From a virus, in IMG/VR virus record IMGVR_UViG_3300031716_000019: 44,275 nt of DNA. One strand, written 5' to 3'. Each line of letters opens with the position of its first letter. Positions within the stretch are counted from its first letter, which is position 1. Positions 40,160-44,275 of this stretch are shown in pieces. The notes beneath the pieces were generated by a model. That model saw only the letters and a list, made by a program, of their open reading frames with translations, made no database searches and was not told the origin of the DNA. Position numbers and translations under genes: made by a program.

Positions 40160-40834
40160 ATGAAGTGCAGTGTCAGGGAATGTTGCAACGAAGCGTGGCA
40201 AAAAGGTTTGTGCTCGATGCACTACAGCAGGTTGCGTAGGCATGGGGACTTGGAAGCAAGCCGCCCCAGCGATTGGGGAAACCGGCGAAAGCACCCGCTG
40301 TACAACGCATGGCGGGAGTTGGTGCGAAAGAAAGACAAGGCCCGCGCTGAGGTATGGCAGGACTTTTGGGTGTTCGTGAAAGACGTAGGGCGCCGCCCGA
40401 GCGAAGAGCACGTGCTCTCTCGGTTCGACGAGGACAAACCGTTTGGCCCAGGGAATTTCTTTTGGCGAGAGAAGGTGTTCACCAAGAGGAATGACGAGAC
40501 CGTACGCGAGTACCGCCGACGTTATATGCGCGAGTATGCAGCGATGCACCCGGAACGCATTAAGAAGTACGACATGAAACGCGGCTACGGTCTGACTGCG
40601 ATTCAGTACAACCTCATGTTGGATGCACAAAACGGTGTTTGCGCAATATGCAAGCAGCCGGAAACGGTTTGCGATAGCCGCGGCAAAGTGAGAGACCTAG
40701 CCGTCGATCACTGCCACAAGAAAGGCGGGGTTCGGAAGTTACTCTGCACCCGGTGCAATCAGGGACTTGGACAATTCAGAGATAACCCGGAATACTTAGC
40801 AGCGGCAATCGAATATCTTAATTCGCACTCCTAA
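40160..40834 (+). CDS. Endonuclease VII-family homing endonuclease
   Basis: CAICKQPE..LAVDHCHKKGGVRKLLCTRCNQGLG is the Endonuclease VII signature. The N-terminus has a GLCSMHY element. It is inserted right after the capsid gene. Confidence 0.85.
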   Translation: MKCSVRECCNEAWQKGLCSMHYSRLRRHGDLEASRPSDWGNRRKHPLYNAWRELVRKKDKARAEVWQDFWVFVKDVGRRPSEEHVLSRFDEDKPFGPGNFFWREKVFTKRNDETVREYRRRYMREYAAMHPERIKKYDMKRGYGLTAIQYNLMLDAQNGVCAICKQPETVCDSRGKVRDLAVDHCHKKGGVRKLLCTRCNQGLGQFRDNPEYLAAAIEYLNSHS

Positions 40835-40850
40835 GCAATAGGGAAGGTAA

Positions 40851-41063
40851 ATGGCAAAGCTAACTGCAGCGAAGCGCAAGAGCCTTCCCAAGAGCTCGTT
40901 CGGGCTCCCTGGGTCGAAGTCTTACCCAATGCCCGATAAGGCGCATGCGAGGAATGCGAAGGCGAGAGCCGCGCAGCAGCGCAACAAAGGGAACCTGTCG
41001 GCTTCGGCGAAGAGCAAGATCGACGCAAAAGCCGACAGAATCCTCGGTAAGAAAAAGACATAG
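40851..41063 (+). CDS. Hypothetical basic protein (70 aa)
   Basis: ORF track. The SFGLPGSKSYPMPDKAHARNAKARA pattern recurs in phage proteins of unknown function. Confidence 0.55.
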   Translation: MAKLTAAKRKSLPKSSFGLPGSKSYPMPDKAHARNAKARAAQQRNKGNLSASAKSKIDAKADRILGKKKT

Positions 41064-41080
41064 CGCATAGGAGTGGCGAC

Positions 41081-41269
41081 ATGCACAAGAAATCAGGCCG
41101 CCCCGGCATCTTGACGAAGACCGATCACAAGCCGAAGAAAAGTACGGCCGTGAAAGGCAGCGCGAGCATGGGCGGGGCCGAAAAGCTGTTGAGCGTGAGC
41201 AAAGCCGGGCGAGGCGCGGCGAAGAAAACGACGAGCTCGCGCGTGAAGCACAAGAAAACGATGTATTAA
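41081..41269 (+). CDS. Lys-rich basic protein (62 aa)
   Basis: ORF track. AGGAG SD. Confidence 0.45.
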   Translation: MHKKSGRPGILTKTDHKPKKSTAVKGSASMGGAEKLLSVSKAGRGAAKKTTSSRVKHKKTMY

Positions 41270-41319
41270 CCCTTGGCGCGCCGTTTGGCGCGTTGCCCTG
41301 CAACGTCAAGGAGCCGTAA

Positions 41320-42087
41320 ATGCCTTCCTCCCCCGTCCGTTTCACCTCCGGTTTCTCCAACCTTCCGCCCTGGCAGTTGCTTGGCCGCATGGGCATGGAG
41401 AACCCGTTCTTCTACCATGTGTTCGCCGATGACTTCGATCTGCCTGCCTCGCTGTCCGGCTGGGTGCAGACGGTCACGACGGGCACCGCTGTCAATGTCG
41501 CGGGGGACGGTGGCCTTCTCCAGATGGAGACGGCGGCCACGGTGGGCGACTTCGTATCGATTCAACGCGGCGTGCCGAGCTTCGTTGCAAGTGCGGGCAG
41601 TCGGATGTTCTTCGTCGCCCGCATGACGCTCGGCGACGTCACGGCGTCGGCGTTCATGGCCGGCATGATCCCGGTTACGGCCACACCGTTCACTGGGTCG
41701 CCCCAGGCCGGTGTGTGGATCAGCAAAGCAGCCGGCGGCACGCAACTCATGCTAAACGTGTCGAACGCTGGTGTCGTCACTTCGACGCTGTTCCCCACGA
41801 AGGCATACACGCTTCAAAACGGCGTCAGTTTCGACATCGGGTTTTCACTCGACCGCGACGACTCTATCCGCGCCATGATCGCACCGAACATGGTCGGCTA
41901 CGTGCCGCAAAGCGGCACCAATCAGCCGAATTCGACGAACCGCTCGCCGGTGGTCACTAGCCCAGTCGGCCGCAACGTTTCGGGGATCGGCGGGGTGCTC
42001 TGTGCGCCGATCGTGGCGGTGCAAGCGAGCACTGCGGTTGCGCAGACGCTGACGCTCGACTTCGTGATGGCGTCAAAGGAGCGTTGA
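41320..42087 (+). CDS. Virion structural protein candidate (beta-rich)
   Basis: ORF track. AAGGAG SD. Located in the late module. Confidence 0.5.
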   Translation: MPSSPVRFTSGFSNLPPWQLLGRMGMENPFFYHVFADDFDLPASLSGWVQTVTTGTAVNVAGDGGLLQMETAATVGDFVSIQRGVPSFVASAGSRMFFVARMTLGDVTASAFMAGMIPVTATPFTGSPQAGVWISKAAGGTQLMLNVSNAGVVTSTLFPTKAYTLQNGVSFDIGFSLDRDDSIRAMIAPNMVGYVPQSGTNQPNSTNRSPVVTSPVGRNVSGIGGVLCAPIVAVQASTAVAQTLTLDFVMASKER

Positions 42088-42088
42088 T

Positions 42089-42514
42089 ATGCCGGCGAGC
42101 ATCACAGTACGCGTCCTAGAGGATGGACCGCGTAATGCGGTTCTTCTCGTGCAGGGGGATAACGGCGGCTCGGGCGGCGGTGACCTGGCCGTCACGTCGC
42201 TAATCCTGCCGTCACAGCTCGGCTACGTCGACGTGTCGCGCAAGCAGCGCGCCACGCAGCTGCGTGTCGACTGCATCGAGTGGGACATCCAGGCCGAAGC
42301 GCAGATGCAGGTGAAGCTCTTCTGGGATGCCACCACACCGAAGCAGTTCTACGACTGCATCGGCCGCGCCAACAAGTATTTCCGGGACTTCGGCGGGATT
42401 TACCCTGATCCGGGGCTCGCTGGTGCGACAGGCGGCATCAGCATTTCGACGGTGGGCGCGAGCACCACGGTCGATAACGGCTACACGCTCGTTTTGCGTC
42501 TTGTAAAACAATAA
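42089..42514 (+). CDS. Virion structural protein candidate (141 aa)
   Basis: ORF track. Starts 1 nt after the upstream stop. Confidence 0.5.
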   Translation: MPASITVRVLEDGPRNAVLLVQGDNGGSGGGDLAVTSLILPSQLGYVDVSRKQRATQLRVDCIEWDIQAEAQMQVKLFWDATTPKQFYDCIGRANKYFRDFGGIYPDPGLAGATGGISISTVGASTTVDNGYTLVLRLVKQ

Positions 42515-42525
42515 GGGAGTTTGCC

Positions 42526-43632
42526 ATGCGTTCTATAAAAAAGGTTTTCGCGATACTCGCGTTCAGCTTGGCGGCCGGAGCGCATGCGCAGACAACGGGG
42601 GAAGGGCAGGTTGTCCTGCAGAACAAGCCGACGATCAACTCGCCGACGATCACCGGGGCGACGCTTGACGGTTCGAACCTCGGTGCGGCGAACGCATCGA
42701 GCTTGACGGTTACCGGAGCGGTCACAGCCGGCAGCGTCGCCGCGCCGACTGTCTCGGCGTCGAGCGTTTCAGTATCGGGCAACGTGGCTGCGGCGAGCGT
42801 AACCTCAGCTGGGGATATCACGGCTGTCGGCAACGTCAACGTCAAGGGATCACTCAGCTCAACCGCCAATACCCAACCGGCGAGCCCGACGAATTCAGGT
42901 GTCGCGCTTGGCGCCTCTCCGACATGGGCGATAGCGAGTTTCTACGATCAATCGAGCACGGCGAACAACCGCACCGTGCAGATTCTCAATATCAATGGCG
43001 GCATGTACTTCAGGTTCGTCAACGATGCAGGATCCGGCGCGGTGAACTTTATGTCGGTATTGGGAGGCTCTGCATCTGGCGTCACCGGTATCGCATCGAC
43101 CAGCGGAAGCGGTGCGTGGGCGCATACTGGAACGTTCTCTGCGACGGGCGACATCGCATCAGCAGGGACTCTGTACGCGACGATCGCAGGCGGGAATAGT
43201 GTCGCATTGAATGGCGCGGCAAGCGGCGGCACGCCGACGCTGTCCACCATCGGCGTGAACAACAATATCGGATTGAACATCACCCCGAAAGGTGCTGGCG
43301 GGATCAATCTGAATTCGAACACTGCCGTGGCAGGCACGATGTCCGTTTCCGGTACGCTGCTTGCCAACACCGGCACGGTGAACGTCTATTCCGATAGCGG
43401 CACGCCCGTTACGACGCCGCATATGGTGATGGGCTCCGTTACCCTCGCGTCGGGTGCTGGCACAGCCACGTTCACGGGGGGCGCCATCTTCAGCAGCACG
43501 ACGTCGTACAACTGCACGGCAACGGATACCACGACCAATAGCGCCGTGAAGGTGACGCCGGCATCTGCATCGACCGTCTCTTTCAGCGGCGCGACGACGG
43601 ACACGATAGCTTATCAGTGCGTCGGAAATTGA
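42526..43632 (+). CDS. Repeat-rich fibre/adhesin-like protein with N-terminal Sec-type signal peptide
   Basis: MRSIKKVFAILAFSLAAGAHA-QTT is the signal peptide. It is followed by S/T/G/A/V-rich beta-strand repeats. Confidence 0.6.
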   Translation: MRSIKKVFAILAFSLAAGAHAQTTGEGQVVLQNKPTINSPTITGATLDGSNLGAANASSLTVTGAVTAGSVAAPTVSASSVSVSGNVAAASVTSAGDITAVGNVNVKGSLSSTANTQPASPTNSGVALGASPTWAIASFYDQSSTANNRTVQILNINGGMYFRFVNDAGSGAVNFMSVLGGSASGVTGIASTSGSGAWAHTGTFSATGDIASAGTLYATIAGGNSVALNGAASGGTPTLSTIGVNNNIGLNITPKGAGGINLNSNTAVAGTMSVSGTLLANTGTVNVYSDSGTPVTTPHMVMGSVTLASGAGTATFTGGAIFSSTTSYNCTATDTTTNSAVKVTPASASTVSFSGATTDTIAYQCVGN

Positions 43633-43932
43633 ATGGGCCGCGCAGACTTTTACAAAAAGGGTCAATGGGACGTAATCTGCGATGTCTGCGGGATGAAATT
43701 CCATTCAGGCGATCTAAAGCAGCGCTGGGATGGCCTGATGACCTGCAGAGAAGACTGGAATATCCGCCAGCCGCAGGATTTCGTGCGAGGCATTCTCGAT
43801 CGCCAGTGGGTGCCGTGGAGCCGGCCGGATACAACGCCGACTTTCGTACCGATCCTGAATCAGTTTCTGGAAGATACGGACGGCAATCCGATTTTCGACA
43901 CGTACGACGCCCCCATACTGGCGACATCATAA
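43633..43932 (+). CDS. Conserved Cys-containing protein upstream of the tail fibre
   Basis: DFYKKGQWDVICDVCGMKF..LMTCREDWNIRQPQDF is a pattern seen next to podovirus fibre genes. Confidence 0.6.
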   Translation: MGRADFYKKGQWDVICDVCGMKFHSGDLKQRWDGLMTCREDWNIRQPQDFVRGILDRQWVPWSRPDTTPTFVPILNQFLEDTDGNPIFDTYDAPILATS

Positions 43933-44275
43933 ATGGCTCGACAAGGTTCATATCCGCTAGGCACTCGCACTCTCGCGCCGACTGACACTCTGACCGGTGT
44001 CGTGACGACACAGACGGCGGACGTGCCGCTCAGTACGCTGGCATCGTTCGTCAGTACGTACCTCACACTCGGTACGATGGCGACGCAGAATGCGAACGCC
44101 GTTGCGATCACAGGCGGCTCGGTCACGGGGATCTCGCTGTCTTCCTCGAACGCGACGATTACGGGCGGATCGATCACCGGGGTTATTCTCTCTTCGGCCA
44201 ACGCGACGATTACGGGCGGATCGATCACCGGGGTTATTCTCTCTTCGGCCAACGCGACGATTACGGGCGGATCGA
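43933..44275 (+). CDS. Tail fibre protein, N-terminal part (runs off the window end; continues at nt 1)
   Basis: The ATG at 43933 starts 1 nt after the upstream stop. No stop occurs before the window end. It enters the 51-bp repeats at 44152. Confidence 0.75.
   Translation, partial: MARQGSYPLGTRTLAPTDTLTGVVTTQTADVPLSTLASFVSTYLTLGTMATQNANAVAITGGSVTGISLSSSNATITGGSITGVILSSANATITGGSITGVILSSANATITGGS
44152..44275 (+). repeat. Exact copy of nt 1-124 (two and a half 51-bp repeat units)
   Basis: Direct comparison of the two window ends. Confidence 0.9.

Larger units (their letters stand above)
1..44275. mobile_element. Genome-length temperate phage (podovirus-like), circularly closed contig with 124-nt end overlap
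   Basis: Contiguous phage modules are present: packaging/head 31706-40109, tail and internal virion proteins 41320-44275 wrapping to 1-9277, lysis 11044-12496, replication 12663-27478, and int/xis/attP 14654-16005. nt 1-124 equal nt 44152-44275 exactly. Confidence 0.8.

Overview
The window is a genome-length, high-GC temperate podovirus-like phage of about 44.15 kb unique sequence. It is circularly closed: nt 1-124 are identical to 44152-44275, and the junction lies inside a 51-bp in-frame tandem repeat of a tail-fibre gene.

Layout:
- Late operon on the + strand. It runs from terS at 31706 through terL, portal, a GroES-like gene, scaffold-like, capsid and tail genes. It then wraps across the window ends into tail fibres, internal virion proteins, a PurD-like ATP-grasp gene and a lysis cassette ending at 12496.
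- Early-left operon on the - strand (23757 down to 12490). It carries a DUF2800-type PD-(D/E)XK exonuclease, a DUF2815 SSB-like protein, family-A DNA polymerase, VRR-NUC, xis, int, an attP that is the 3' part of tRNA-Ser(CGA), and an SNF2 helicase.
- Early-right unit on the + strand (24075-27478) with HTH proteins and a primase/helicase.
- Accessory region (27.5-31.6 kb) made of small promoter-to-terminator cassettes.

Four free-standing HNH/endonuclease-VII genes sit directly next to the helicase, polymerase, primase and capsid genes.

Most unusual signals:
1. A dyad-symmetric 13-mer (TTAGGA-N-TCCTAA / TTCGGA-N-TCCGAA) occurs at 12 or more gene junctions, independent of reading frame.
2. A second conserved element (TTTCGCA-NN-TGC) fills the spacer of at least 8 sigma70-like promoters, including P_int and the moron promoters.
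3. A strong orphan promoter feeds a hairpin-rich GC-rich non-coding stretch.
4. A promoter-driven 24-aa hydrophobic peptide is convergent with the virion operon.
5. A C-depleted AT-rich island with direct repeats lies next to a stand-alone paralog of the primase C-terminal domain.

No rRNA, CRISPR array, reverse transcriptase/DGR or named defence system is recognisable. Resemblance to BPP-1/BcepC6B-like podophages is from memory only and unverified.
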